Source: an uncultured Hormoscilla sp.
GTDB taxonomy: Bacteria; Cyanobacteriota; Cyanobacteriia; Cyanobacteriales; Desertifilaceae
Length of the DNA stretch: 64,000 nucleotides
Direction: 5' to 3'
Assembly: GCA_963921275.4 (NCBI GenBank)
Contig: OZ001293.3
Location: 1,792,001-1,856,000 of the forward strand
Numbering within the stretch: position 1 is the first letter of the stretch; every line of letters begins with the position of its first letter. The position numbers and the translations under genes were made by a program. Below, piece by piece: positions 34,329-45,443 of the stretch. The notes beneath the pieces are model-generated. The model was not told the DNA's origin. It saw only the letters and a program-made list of their open reading frames with translations, and did not search any database.

Positions 34329-37300
34329 TTAACTATTATACAGGTAGTCATCATCGAGGTAGTCATCATCTAGGTCCTCATCATCTAGATCCTCATCATC
34401 TAGGTCCTCATCATCTAGATCCTCATCATCTAGGTCCTCATCATCTAGGTCCTCATCATCTAGGTCCTCATCATCCTGGCGAGCAGTCACAAAATTAACC
34501 AGATTCCGTCCCGGCACCACAATCACCTTTTCCACAGACCGATCGGCGATATAATGCTGAGCAATTTCCGAGTCGCGGGCTAATTGTCCCAGAGATTCTT
34601 GATCGGAGTCAGCGGGAACCTGAATAGTGCCCCGGGTTTTGCCATCAATTTGAATCACCAGGGTAATTTCTTCAGCCACTAGAGCAGCTGGATCCAGAAC
34701 AGGCCATCTTTGTTGATGTACCGAGCCAGTGTATCCGATCGCCTGCCACAAATCCTCAACGATATGGGGAGCAAAAGGAGCCAAAAGCAAAATCAAAGTT
34801 TTAATCCCTTCCGCATAAGAAGGAGATAATTTACACTTAGCGTCCGCCAGAGCATTAGACAGCTTCATCAGTTCAGAGATCGCAGTATTAAATTGGTAGC
34901 CACCCTGTAAATCTTTTGTGACCTCATCAATTGTCTTATGAACTGTCCGTCGCAAAACCTTAGCCTCAGGCACCACATCATCTAGCCAAACCAACACCCT
35001 TTTGAGCTGTTCGCGATTATTTGGGTGAGTTCCTGGCAGAGATAATTTTGCTTCCATTGCTGCCTTCACTTGAGGCACAGAATAGACCTTCACCCCACCT
35101 TTAAGAATAGAAGTTGGCAGTTTCCGCACCATCTCCTTAATCAAAGCCTCAGATAACCCCAAAGACCTCAATTGAGGTTGAGTCACCCGCTCAGTAGATT
35201 TTAGTTCTCCCTTCCGCTTCTGGACTTCATGAACCAAAGACTCCAGCAAATAGTCAGGAAAACCAAGAGTTTTCAAATGACTTCGGATCCATTCTTCCGT
35301 TTCCTCCTGGGACTCAGACAGTTCAGATCTCTCCCGATCGCGCAACTCCTTCAATTCTGCCACCAAACGCCAGACGCGATTCAGAAAGCGGAATTGACCT
35401 TCTACATCTGCATCATCCCACTCTAAATCTTTTTCCGGCGGAGCCTTAAAGAGGATAAACATGCGGGTAGTATCTGCACCATACTTATTAACCACCACCT
35501 CCGGTTCCACACCGTTATACTTGGACTTGGACATAGTCTTGTAGGAAAGTTCCAGGGGTTCTCCCGTATCCGCATCCTTAGGACGATCGGGATCTGAAGC
35601 ATCTACCTGATCGACAGGAATCCACTTTCCCGTTCTCGGGTTCTGGTAACTTAAACCCTGAACCATTCCCTGAGTTAACAGACGAGAGAATGGTTCGTCG
35701 AAATTGAGTAATCCCCGATCGCGCAGCACCTTAGTAAAGAACCGCGAGTAAAGCAAATGCAAAATCGCGTGTTCAATCCCGCCTACATACTGATCGACAG
35801 GCATCCAATCATTATTTTTGGTAGAGTCAAACACCTGCTCGTCATTTTTAGCATCAGGAAAGCGCAAGAAATACCACGACGAATCAACAAATGTATCCAT
35901 CGTATCTGTTTCCCGCTTTGCTGGAGAACCACAAGTAGGACAATCTACATTTACCCACTCTTGAAGTAGAGATAAAGGAGAACCGCCCTTACCCGTCAAC
36001 TGGATATCGATCGGCAATCTCACTGGCAAATCTGATTCTGGCACGGGCACTACACCACAGTTGGGGCAATGAATTGCCGGAATAGGCACGCCCCAGTAAC
36101 GTTGGCGAGAAATTAACCAATCCCTGAGCCGATAATTTACTTGCGCCTTACCAATCCCCCGTTTTTCCGCCAATTCAATCACTGCCTGTTTCCCAGCGGC
36201 AGAAGCCATCCCATTGAACTGACCAGAATTGACCATAAAACCCGGGTCCGTGAAAGCCGCCGACAACGGTTGAGGTTGCATGTCTCGTTCCGGCATGATT
36301 ACCACCTCGATCGGCAAATTATTTTCCGAGGCGAATTTAAAATCTCGGGTATCATGGGCTGGCACGCCCATCACCGCACCGGTCCCATACTCATATAACA
36401 CGTAATCAGCAATCCAGATGGGGATTTCCTCACCGCTAAAGGGATTAATCGCCTTGCCCCCGGTGGGGATACCCCGTTTCGGCTTATCCGTTGCCGTGCG
36501 ATCGATTTCTCCCAAGGAGGCCATTTCTGTCACGAAAGCTTCCACGGCCTCCAACTGGTCAGGACTGGTCACCGCCTGGGTGAGAGGATGTTCCGGCGCC
36601 AGGACAAGGTAAGTAGCCCCGTAAATCGTATCCGGACGAGTGGTGAACACCGTAACTTTCTGATTGGACCCCACCACTTCAAAAGACAGGGTTACCCCCA
36701 CCGATTTACCAATCCAGTTAGCCTGCATCAGCTTCACCCGCTCTGGCCAATCGGTCAATTTCTCCAAATCCTTGAGCAGTTGTTCGGCATAGTCAGTAAT
36801 TTTGAGGAACCACTGCCGCAACATTTTGCGCTCCACCTTAGCGCCAGAACGCCAGGATCGCCCCTCGCTATCCACCTGCTCGTTTGCCAACACTGTCCGA
36901 TCGATCGGATCCCAATTAACCGCCGCCTCCTTCTGGTAAGCCAGGCCCGCGTCTAAAAATTGCAAGAAAATCCACTGAGTCCACTTGTAATATTCCGGCG
37001 AACAGGTAGAAAGTTCGCAATTCCAATCGTAAGAAAGCCCTAAGCGCTGTAACTCCGACTTCATCTGAGCGATATTGGAATCAGTCCACTGGGCAGGATG
37101 GATGCCACGGGCGATCGCCGCATTTTCAGCCGGTAGCCCAAAGGCATCCCAACCCATTGGATGCAGTACCCGATCGCCTTGCATGCGACGCATCCTGGCA
37201 ATCACATCCGTAATCGTGTAGTTACGGACATGTCCCATGTGCAGATTCCCCGATGGATAGGGGAACATAGATAGGGCATAGAATTTGGGTATCTTGGTAT

Positions 37301-37385
37301 CCGTGTCCGTTTGGTATAAACCTTGTTGTAGCCAAGTTTTTTGCCACTTTTCCTCTATAGATGCTGGATTGTATTGAGATTCCAC
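34329..37385 (-). CDS. leuS: Leucine--tRNA ligase with an internal insertion and an acidic repeat tail
   Basis: [49 protein letters not shown]; 1018 aa. Confidence 0.97.
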   Translation of the reverse strand: MESQYNPASIEEKWQKTWLQQGLYQTDTDTKIPKFYALSMFPYPSGNLHMGHVRNYTITDVIARMRRMQGDRVLHPMGWDAFGLPAENAAIARGIHPAQWTDSNIAQMKSELQRLGLSYDWNCELSTCSPEYYKWTQWIFLQFLDAGLAYQKEAAVNWDPIDRTVLANEQVDSEGRSWRSGAKVERKMLRQWFLKITDYAEQLLKDLEKLTDWPERVKLMQANWIGKSVGVTLSFEVVGSNQKVTVFTTRPDTIYGATYLVLAPEHPLTQAVTSPDQLEAVEAFVTEMASLGEIDRTATDKPKRGIPTGGKAINPFSGEEIPIWIADYVLYEYGTGAVMGVPAHDTRDFKFASENNLPIEVVIMPERDMQPQPLSAAFTDPGFMVNSGQFNGMASAAGKQAVIELAEKRGIGKAQVNYRLRDWLISRQRYWGVPIPAIHCPNCGVVPVPESDLPVRLPIDIQLTGKGGSPLSLLQEWVNVDCPTCGSPAKRETDTMDTFVDSSWYFLRFPDAKNDEQVFDSTKNNDWMPVDQYVGGIEHAILHLLYSRFFTKVLRDRGLLNFDEPFSRLLTQGMVQGLSYQNPRTGKWIPVDQVDASDPDRPKDADTGEPLELSYKTMSKSKYNGVEPEVVVNKYGADTTRMFILFKAPPEKDLEWDDADVEGQFRFLNRVWRLVAELKELRDRERSELSESQEETEEWIRSHLKTLGFPDYLLESLVHEVQKRKGELKSTERVTQPQLRSLGLSEALIKEMVRKLPTSILKGGVKVYSVPQVKAAMEAKLSLPGTHPNNREQLKRVLVWLDDVVPEAKVLRRTVHKTIDEVTKDLQGGYQFNTAISELMKLSNALADAKCKLSPSYAEGIKTLILLLAPFAPHIVEDLWQAIGYTGSVHQQRWPVLDPAALVAEEITLVIQIDGKTRGTIQVPADSDQESLGQLARDSEIAQHYIADRSVEKVIVVPGRNLVNFVTARQDDEDLDDEDLDDEDLDDEDLDDEDLDDEDLDDEDLDDDYLDDDYLYNS
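34341..34475 (-). repeat. 15-bp tandem repeat encoding (DDEDL)7(DDDYL)2
   Basis: GATGATGAGGA(C/T)CTA units at the leuS 3' end. Confidence 0.93.
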
Positions 37386-38039
37386 TCTTCAAACTCCTAC
37401 GCGATCGTCTGGTGTTTCCATATTTTGACCTACTCGCAGCCAGTTGAGTTTGAGTATACCAGACCTCAAACTAGATGCACCGCTGGTGGTGTCCCTTGAT
37501 GGGATTATGAAATCTAAATCATAGCATCAAGTTACACCGCCTGCTGCCACTGCGGACTGTTTGCTGATTTTAACCGCTCACACCACATATGCCAACTTGG
37601 GACCACAGTCATGCTGTGGCCTCCAGAAGAGCCGCACAGTTCGGACGAACCTCGGTCAAGAAACCGGGTTTCTGTAGCCAGAGCATTGATATCTCTAACA
37701 TAACTACAGTAGAAACCCGGTTTCTGAGAATACTTGACCGATGCCCTAGTGGTCAGAGCCTAATTATCATAGAATACAGATTACCGGTTAGCCAACATGA
37801 TCGAGGGAAATCCGACTACCGGATGAGCGCGAGCATCAGATCTCTGGGATCCTACTAGCTACCGATGATTACCTTTGTATCTTCTTATATTACACTTAAT
37901 ATACTGGTCATTTTCTTCATCCCAGTGGTGAAAACCATCCGAAATATATTCTTGACTAAATAATTTCTCAATTGTTTAATCAACATCACACATCTTCTTG
38001 GGTTTTCGCTTCCGGAATTGGGGGATCCTGCGATGTTGA

Positions 38040-38474
38040 ATGATTCCGGAATTGGGGGATCCCGCGATGTTGAATGATTTAAGATTTTTTGTCTACGGCA
38101 CTCTGAAATCGGGGGAAGTCAACTACGAGCGCTATTGTGCAGGCAAGGTAGTAGCATCTCAAAGGGCGATCGCGATGGGCCTTCTATTTGCCTTACCGAG
38201 GGGCTATCCTGCCATGACCCCTGGAAATCAACATGTCCATGGCTTTTTACTCACCTTTAGGGATCCAACTATTTTAGCTACCCTCGACCAGCTGGAAGGT
38301 TATCACGGTAGCGATCGCCCCGATCGAGTTAATCTATATAACCGACACAAAATCCCAGTTTTCCAATCGGACGGCCTATCTTTAGGGTTAGCCTGGGCCT
38401 ACTTAATGACCCCAGAACAAGTGCAACAGTTCGGAGGTGATCTGCTGCTGGACGGGTGTTGGACCAGTATTTGA
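38040..38474 (+). CDS. Gamma-glutamylcyclotransferase (AIG2-like) family protein
   Basis: FFVYGTLK, GYPAM, LDQLEGY; the start lies in a 34-bp tandem duplication (about 38010-38077), so the true start may be 38067. Confidence 0.85.
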   Translation: MIPELGDPAMLNDLRFFVYGTLKSGEVNYERYCAGKVVASQRAIAMGLLFALPRGYPAMTPGNQHVHGFLLTFRDPTILATLDQLEGYHGSDRPDRVNLYNRHKIPVFQSDGLSLGLAWAYLMTPEQVQQFGGDLLLDGCWTSI

Positions 38475-38481
38475 TCTCTGT

Positions 38482-39018
38482 TTAGGGAGCTGTTACTGGT
38501 TTTTTGGGGATTTTCACCACCGGTTGATCCAGGGCCATTCTGATCGGGGCTACAGCTGCCTGTTGGGGAGAGCTGATTGGAGATATTTTATGTTGGGGAG
38601 CTTGCACCAATTTTGGTACCAAGTTGTCACCACCTGATAATACGCTGGATATCGCGGCAATGAACATAGCGGCGGTCGCACCTGCGCCACTCCATATCAA
38701 AATCAGCCGCCTCGAATGCTTTTCTTTCTTGTCCAACCGCGAGAATACTGCATCTATCGTCTGTTCCACTGACACTGTTGCCGGTGTTACTGGCATCAGG
38801 TCGAATCCTTGGTGGAGTTTCAACAACCGTTCATACAGAGCTTGCACTTCTGGCTCATTATCTAGCCATGCTTCTACTTGCCTGCGCTCGTCAGCGGTCA
38901 CCTCACCATCTAGGTAAGCGCTGATTAACTCAAAGCGATCGCGCTTTATCATTAGAGGATCTAAGTTAGGATTCATTTTCTGGTCACCACCTTCTTTACA
39001 AATAGGGAGCACACCCAC
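38482..39018 (-). CDS. Anti-sigma factor associated with SigG
   Basis: RDRFELISAYLDGEVTADERRQVEAWL plus one TM segment; directly downstream of the ECF sigma gene. Confidence 0.88.
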   Translation of the reverse strand: MGVLPICKEGGDQKMNPNLDPLMIKRDRFELISAYLDGEVTADERRQVEAWLDNEPEVQALYERLLKLHQGFDLMPVTPATVSVEQTIDAVFSRLDKKEKHSRRLILIWSGAGATAAMFIAAISSVLSGGDNLVPKLVQAPQHKISPISSPQQAAVAPIRMALDQPVVKIPKKPVTAP

Positions 39019-39149
39019 TCTAACTTAACAACTGTAGTTATTTTACCCTAATAGCCACATATCATACAACAGCTATGAGGGGAGTTCGGTGAATTTCGAT
39101 TTTTCGCGTAGCGTTCGTAACTGATGATCTCGGATTTAGCCCTAAGAGA

Positions 39150-39809
39150 TCACTTGCTGTCCAGATAATTTTGCAATTGCAGTTGCAAGCGCTGACGAGC
39201 TCTGGCAATGCGCGATTTCACCGTTCCCAGAGACACCCCTGTGATTTCGGCAATTTCCTCATAGCTGCGACCATCGATTTCTCTAAGCACGATCGTGGTT
39301 CTAAAAGCCTCTGGCAAATCGGCGATCGCCGCATGCAGTTGTTCGTAGAACTCAGCTGTGGTCAGATTTTCTTCCGGTCCTGGATCCGGGCTAGCTATTT
39401 CCCAGTCCATCTCGCCATCATCTAATAATCGGGGAGCATCCAGGGATAGGGGCGGTCGCATCCGCTTGCGTTTACGCAATTCATCGTAAAACAGGTTAGT
39501 AGCGATCCGACTCAGCCAGCTGCGGAACTTGACTGGATCTTGCAATCGCTTAATATGGCCATAAACTCTAATCCACACTTCTTGAGCCAAGTCTGCCCGA
39601 TCGGTCCAATCGGGAGCCAAGTGATACAATACCCTGTCTATATGGGACTGATACCGCCGCACTAATTCAGCGAAGGCCGATCTATCGGGCCTTAGACTGG
39701 CCTGGCATTTTAAGATCAAGTCGTAGTTTGAAAGTTTTTCGGGTTGCACGGGTGTTTCTTGGACTGCTGCCCCCACCGTTGACCAGGATATAGTAAGTGA
39801 TTGATTTAT
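39150..39809 (-). CDS. sigG: ECF RNA polymerase sigma factor SigG
   Basis: DLAQEVWIRVY, WLSRIATNLFYDELRKR, SYEEIAEITGVSLGTVKSRIARAR. The homologous start position 39809 reads ATA; next candidate start is GTG 39776. Confidence 0.88.
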   Translation of the reverse strand: MNQSLTISWSTVGAAVQETPVQPEKLSNYDLILKCQASLRPDRSAFAELVRRYQSHIDRVLYHLAPDWTDRADLAQEVWIRVYGHIKRLQDPVKFRSWLSRIATNLFYDELRKRKRMRPPLSLDAPRLLDDGEMDWEIASPDPGPEENLTTAEFYEQLHAAIADLPEAFRTTIVLREIDGRSYEEIAEITGVSLGTVKSRIARARQRLQLQLQNYLDSK

Positions 39810-39975
39810 GAAATTAATGGGCTTGTGTACTTCAATAATGGTGACCCCGCTTAAATGAAGCAGGTTCCCTGCCCATGATTCACGATTTCAATCAGTTTAG
39901 CGCAAATTTTCCCTACATCCCCAAGCCAAAGTGGGCTAGTGGCCATACCTTGGCCAAATCGGAGAGTCAACCGAT

Positions 39976-40668
39976 CTATTTTTGCTCATACTTCTTGGCG
40001 TTGCTTTTGAGCAAGGAGTTAACTTGTGAGAGGACTTCATCGCTCGAACTTTTACCGAATATTTGGCGTTCGGGAAAGAATTCCGGTCTATCCAGGTAAC
40101 GGGCGATCGCCTCACCTACTTGCTGGGAAATCAAACTTATGAGTTCGGACTTGGCACGCTGGCGCTGGTAGCTAGCACCTTCTTCAGTTGTAGCATATAG
40201 GGGAGGCAGCCGGTTAAGAGCATAGGCAGCAATATCTCCCAGGTCCAGGGTGCAGTCGCTGGTCGCCTCAATTTCCGCTACTCGTGATATTGCTTCTGTC
40301 AGCACCAATTCTTCCATGACGTTAATGAACTGTTTGCGTGGGACTGCCACCACTTCACCAGTCAGAAGTGCCTCCATTAACCTGTCCAACGCCATATAAG
40401 TACATAGGCAAAACTATTTTGATATTTTTTCCAGCCGTCAATTTCCGGGAAGTTAAATCCCTGAAAGCCTTATGATATATGGCTTGAGCGCCCTAATCAC
40501 CCTGCCGGTTAGCGCTTTTCCACAAATATAAAAATAATTTTGCACAACTACTTACTCTTCGATCGACAGTTCCGAGGCCGTGTCACAAATCCGTCCCACC
40601 TCTGCTTCCATTGCTGGCGTCAGATAACCGTCCTGTACTGCCTGTTCGACAATTTTTTGGATACTCAT
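39976..40668 (-). pseudogene. cdgR: ComFB-family protein (CdgR-like c-di-GMP receptor) interrupted by a MITE
   Basis: MSIQKIVEQAVQDGYLTPAMEAEVGRICDTASELSIEEY|MALDRLMEALL...AYALNRLPPLYATT; lies between an M23 peptidase and sigG. The gene symbol is from recalled Anabaena synteny. Confidence 0.75.
40399..40552. mobile_element. MITE with TA target duplication (IS630/Tc1-like ends)
   Basis: TA|AGTACATAGGCAAAACTATTT...AAATAATTTTGCACAACTACT|TA; removal restores GAG TAT ATG. Confidence 0.85.
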
Positions 40669-40741
40669 TACCCCTGTTTTACTCTCCACGGCCTCATTTT
40701 ATTATCGAGCGTCAGCTAATTCATCAACTACATATCAATCC

Positions 40742-41665
40742 CTATTCCAAGCCTTGATATCGCCAAGGTACTGGATCCACTGACTTCCCGTGGACATACA
40801 GACCCCAGTGCAGATGAGGACCCGTTGACGCTCCTGTTGCACCCACTCCCCCGATTACTTGACCTGCTTGTACCATGTCTCCCTCTTTCACGTCAACCCT
40901 ATTTAAGTGCATAAATATACTCAATACTCCTTGACCATGATCGATGCCCACCGTATTGCCGTGGATCTCAAATCCATTTGATTCTAGTCCCACCAAGGCC
41001 ACTCTTCCAGCTGCTGGTGCCAATACTGGCGACCCCGTCTCACCGGCGTAATCTACCCCGCGATGGTAATAGTTGAAGGCAAATTCCCCGTTGTAGTACC
41101 GGCGGACTCCGAAAACCGTTGTCACTGGGCCCTGATGAGGTCGTCCGAAGGGACCGTTCCAGAATTTTTGCGGGGTGACCAGTTCCTTGAAGGCAGCTAC
41201 CCGATCGAATTCATAATCGGTGCCTTCCAGAGAGTCTTTGTCTGGAGGAAGCCAGATGCTTTGGATGGGGAAAGTGCGATCGCTCATCCAAACGGCTATG
41301 TTACGCACCTCCCCTTCTCCAAACACCTGGAAAACCAAACGTCCGGGTCTGTCTAAGGGGGTTGAAGGCAGCAAAGCCCGAAAGCGATTCGGTCCTACCA
41401 TAAAGGTTGGGTAGGTATTCTGTCCCATTCTCACAGTGGGGCTGTCCCCAACTGCCGGATTATCTAACTCCACCACCACCGACAAGGTCTCCCCGATGCG
41501 GGGATTATCTGGTCTCACCCGCACCTGTAAAGCTTCCACCGGAGCGCTAAAGGCGGCCCAAGCCAAAAGACCCAGGGCCAAAGACTGAACTTTTGCCAAT
41601 GCCTGGCGGCGGCAGTTGGCACCAGTGGGCGATATAAATGGCTTAGTTGAAAACACAGTTGTCAT
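40742..41665 (-). CDS. M23 family metallopeptidase
   Basis: YHRGVDY, IDHGQG, TGPHLHWG; N-terminal signal peptide. Confidence 0.92.
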   Translation of the reverse strand: MTTVFSTKPFISPTGANCRRQALAKVQSLALGLLAWAAFSAPVEALQVRVRPDNPRIGETLSVVVELDNPAVGDSPTVRMGQNTYPTFMVGPNRFRALLPSTPLDRPGRLVFQVFGEGEVRNIAVWMSDRTFPIQSIWLPPDKDSLEGTDYEFDRVAAFKELVTPQKFWNGPFGRPHQGPVTTVFGVRRYYNGEFAFNYYHRGVDYAGETGSPVLAPAAGRVALVGLESNGFEIHGNTVGIDHGQGVLSIFMHLNRVDVKEGDMVQAGQVIGGVGATGASTGPHLHWGLYVHGKSVDPVPWRYQGLE

Positions 41666-41785
41666 TTTCGGTTTTGCTTCTGTTGCTACTGGCAGTTAGA
41701 CTAGACTCTGGAATCTGCTAGTTCCCTCTCTACCTTACCTCCCCATATTGCTAGTGTTAGCATATGAACCGGTGGTAAGAAGCGG

Positions 41786-41998
41786 TTAAGTTTTGGGTTT
41801 GAGGTAGACAACTGCCTGACGCCAAACGATGGTGGGCTGATCGTAATGATCTATCAAGCAGATACAATCTGGATCCTGCCAGCGAATTTTCCCGACTAGC
41901 AGATCGTCGGTGACCAGTTTAAGCTCGACCTCGTTTTTTTCTTGAATCAGATTTTGAATTTGACGAATGCTGGGCATCGTCGTATCGAATTCAGACAT
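41786..41998 (-). CDS. hfq: Cyanobacterial Hfq
   Basis: 70 aa, MSEFDTTMPSIRQIQNLI...GKIRWQD; divergent from dapF as in other cyanobacteria. Confidence 0.9.
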   Translation of the reverse strand: MSEFDTTMPSIRQIQNLIQEKNEVELKLVTDDLLVGKIRWQDPDCICLIDHYDQPTIVWRQAVVYLKPKT

Positions 41999-42113
41999 AA
42001 TTGTAGTGGGTACGTGCCGCTATAATTGTAAAGCTTTACCCATTTAATCATTAAGCATTGTACCTACCCACCCCACTATCATAACCCCCGAAGAGTAGGA
42101 GGATTGGCATTAA

Positions 42114-42950
42114 ATGACAATTGAGTTTACTAAGTATCACGGACTGGGCAATGACTTTATTCTGATTGACAATCGGGCCTCGTCGTCACCCTTGATTACG
42201 CCGTCGGTAGCAGTAACATTGTGCGATCGCCATTTTGGCATTGGGGCAGACGGGGTGATCTTTGCCCTGCCCGGACTTGCAGACACTGACTATAGCATGC
42301 GGATTTTTAACTCAGATGGTTCGGAACCAGAAATGTGCGGCAATGGGATTCGCTGTTTAGCCCGGTTTATTGCCGATTTAGAGCCAGACGGCCGCAGTCA
42401 ATACCGGATTCACACTCCCGCTGGGGTCATGATACCTCAACTGACAGCATCCGGTCAAGTAACTGTTGATATGGGCATGCCCAAGCTGCTGGCGTCCGAA
42501 ATTTCGACTACATTAGCTGCTGCTGACCAAAAGGCGATCGAAAAGACCATAGAAGTAGGGGGGCAATCTTGGCTCGTCACTTGTGTGAGCATGGGCAATT
42601 CTCACTGTGTTACCTTTGTAGAGGATGTGGCAGCGATCGACCTGGAAACCATTGGTCGGCAGTTTGAACATCATACTGCATTTCCCCAGCGTATAAATAC
42701 GGAATTTATCCAAGTAATCAATTCAAACTCAATGAAAATGCGGGTGTGGGAACGGGGAGCAGGTGCTACTCTGGCTTGTGGAACGGGTGCTTGTGCAGCA
42801 GTAGTAGCGGGGGTGCTGACCGGAAAGTGCGATCGGCGCACTCAAGTTGAACTGCCCGGCGGTTGCCTGGAAATAGAATGGGCAACAGCAGGCAGGGTTT
42901 ACATGACTGGCCCTGCTGAGCGAGTGTTCTCTGGCAGAATAGATTTATGA
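42114..42950 (+). CDS. dapF: Diaminopimelate epimerase
   Basis: [34 protein letters not shown]. Confidence 0.97.
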   Translation: MTIEFTKYHGLGNDFILIDNRASSSPLITPSVAVTLCDRHFGIGADGVIFALPGLADTDYSMRIFNSDGSEPEMCGNGIRCLARFIADLEPDGRSQYRIHTPAGVMIPQLTASGQVTVDMGMPKLLASEISTTLAAADQKAIEKTIEVGGQSWLVTCVSMGNSHCVTFVEDVAAIDLETIGRQFEHHTAFPQRINTEFIQVINSNSMKMRVWERGAGATLACGTGACAAVVAGVLTGKCDRRTQVELPGGCLEIEWATAGRVYMTGPAERVFSGRIDL

Positions 42951-42982
42951 GCGTTGGTGGCAAAACACAAGAGGGATGCGTG

Positions 42983-45137
42983 ATGGGTGGAGGAATTTAT
43001 CTGATTCAGGATAACGACCAGCTAGTTGAAATGACAGAACAACCCTATGAATCGGAAGAAAGACTGCAAGAACTGCTGGAAAAATATCCTAACCTCTTGG
43101 CAGGAGACCAGATAGATAGAGCAACGCCGAGACGATGGTTGTTAATCTCACGAGAAGTAAAATTACCTCTGGAAGAGGATAGCAATGAACAATGGTCTCT
43201 GGATCATTTGTTTGTGGATCACGATGCAATTCCGACCCTGGTGGAAGTCAAGGGGAACAGCAATACTCGCATCCGGCGAGAAGCGATCGGTCAGATGCTC
43301 GACTACGCTGCAAATATGATCGTTTACTGGCCAGTTGAGTCAATAGTTAGCCAGTTTGAAGCAAATTGTAAGTCTCAGGATAAAGATCCCGAACAGGTAT
43401 TTGAGGAATTTCTCGGGGTTGATGCTGACGAAGAGAAGTTTTGGCAAAAGGTCAAAACTAATCTGCAAGCGGGAAAACTGCGTCTTGTCTTTGTCTCAGA
43501 TGAGATAGTGGCGGAACTGCGGCGTGTGGTGGAGTTTCTGAATGAAAAGATGGACCCGGTAGAAGTATTGGGAGTGGAGATTAAGCAATACGTGAGTGCG
43601 GAGGGTCTAAAAACGCTGGTTCCCAGAGTGATTGGTAAGACAACAGAAGCGCAGCAGAAAAAATCCAGTGCGACTCTGGAGAGAAGACGCTGGGACGAAG
43701 TCTCATTCTTTCAGGAATATCAAGTTAGACAAGGTCCAGATGAAGCTCAGATAGCTAGAAAGATATATGAATGGGCTAAGAGCCAAAAAACATTAGTGGA
43801 AGTTCAGTGGGGTACAGGAGACACCTATGGCGGGTTTGTTGTTTGGGTGTCGGAAGAACCCCGATCGGCTTCTGAGCTGTTCCAGGTGGGGATTAATGGC
43901 AGACTACAGGTATCCTCTAGCACCTATGCAGCCTTCCCACAATTTAATAGTAATGAAAAATGGATGGAACTGAGAAGTAAACTGAGTGTCATTGGTCTGT
44001 CCCTGCCGATATCTCCTACTGAAAGAAGATTGACAACTTTTCAGTTGTCTAATTGTTTGCAGGATGAATTTGCCCTGGGGCGGGTGAATTAGGGGTCGAG
44101 CTGGGAATCGCTTCCCAACCCTCCCTTTCGAACCGTGCATGCGGTTTTCATCGCACACGGCTACTGGTTAGTTGGACCTTGTCATTGGCAGGATTACTGG
44201 GGATTGCTCCCTTTGTCCCTCTTCTTATGCAGTTTTTCCCCTTTATGGTAGTCGATAGGACTGTTTCGTATCTAGCTCCGGAAGGTTCGCGGGGGGTATC
44301 CAGGAAACCACTTATACCGCTCTTTGCTAACATTGCCCCTGTCTCGTCATTAGGGGACTTTTCAAGTTTTACCCGGCTAGAGTTTTAGTCCATATTACAA
44401 TCTAGGATTTCTCCTGATTTTTGGTACGTATTAGGGATACTTCCACCCAAGATTTCCAACTATATCCGACCCACGTCTGCCGGTACATTCCTGCACCACT
44501 TATACAAGGAGTTACCCCTGTCCTTTGCTTCTTGGGCCATCTCTCTCCACATGGCTTACGCTTATCATCTAACTGGTCCCTATCTCCTGACCACCGGTCG
44601 ATAGTCGAGTAGTTATGGACAGCACACGTGGAGTTACTTCGTTCCCTGGTATCATTTCACGATGTTTTTAGGTCCCTGCTTTACCCCGGGAGCTACTTTG
44701 AGTGTGATGTTGGCCATATGCAACAGCCAACACTAGCTACCATTTCCTTTTTAGGCCAGCGTGTAAGCCTTCTTCCGCTGGTTACACATAACGAGGCTTT
44801 CACAGATTCGTTTTCCTAACCATGAGCATCTTTCCTAGCGGAGTTGCCGACTTTGGGCTGTCAGCTATCCTACATTTAAGTCCTTGCTCCGCACCACGGT
44901 GATGTCACTCCGCAGCACTAAGGACCGGTGTCACCCCCACACCTGGGGAGAGGGAATTTAATCCCCATGATGACCAGAGTTACCATATTGAGCCTGATTA
45001 TGATTAGTTTTGGTTCTAAACATTCAGTCCAATTTTGGCTCGGCTTTTCCGTGTTTGTACAGGTTAGGCCGAAACGAGTCGCACTACAAACTTTTGATTG
45101 GGTGGTTGAGCAAATCTTACCTTCATCAGAGGCGTAG
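42983..45137 (+). pseudogene. PD-(D/E)xK (NucS-like) nuclease-domain protein; last 18 codons cut off by an antisense intron
   Basis: ESEERLQELL, LDHLFVD...LVEVK, GQMLDYAA. The ORF now stops at 44092; removing 44088-45084 gives ...ALGRV-IQTFDWVVEQILPSSEA*. Confidence 0.7.
44088..45084 (-). mobile_element. ORF-less group IIB intron (997 nt), antisense to its host gene
   Basis: Minus strand starts GTGCGACTCGTTTC. Domain V GTAGCCGTGTGCGATGAAAACCGCATGCACGGTTC; ends CTCGACCCCTAAT. EBS1 TGCATA pairs 5/6 with TTTGTA. Confidence 0.94.
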
Positions 45138-45443
45138 TCCGGGCGTCTCGCCTGTCCGAGGTAACTGACCACTGGGAACTGACACTCATTACTAGGCGCT
45201 TTCGCGCCTGGGAAGCACTCTTCGTGCTTACTACGAACCACCGAAGCACTAAGGGAACTGCAAAAAATAAATTCTCCAATTTAAGGAGTTGACCTGCTTT
45301 TTTACTTCCCCTACTCCCTGCTCGGGTGCTCCCTGCTCGGGTGCTCCCTGCTCCGGGATTGGTGATTTTTTTATTTGGAAGTCCCTAAAGTGCTTACTAC
45401 GAACCACCGAAACACTCTTCGTGCTTACTACGAACGGGATGGA

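Noticed and set aside
34963..35358. Intein or CAAD domain in LeuRS
   Set aside because: No Cys/Ser...His-Asn termini and no pair of hydrophobic helices.
37441..37600. 6S RNA or T-box upstream of leuS
   Set aside because: Hairpins are present, but I could not identify the diagnostic motifs; kept only as a low-interest finding.
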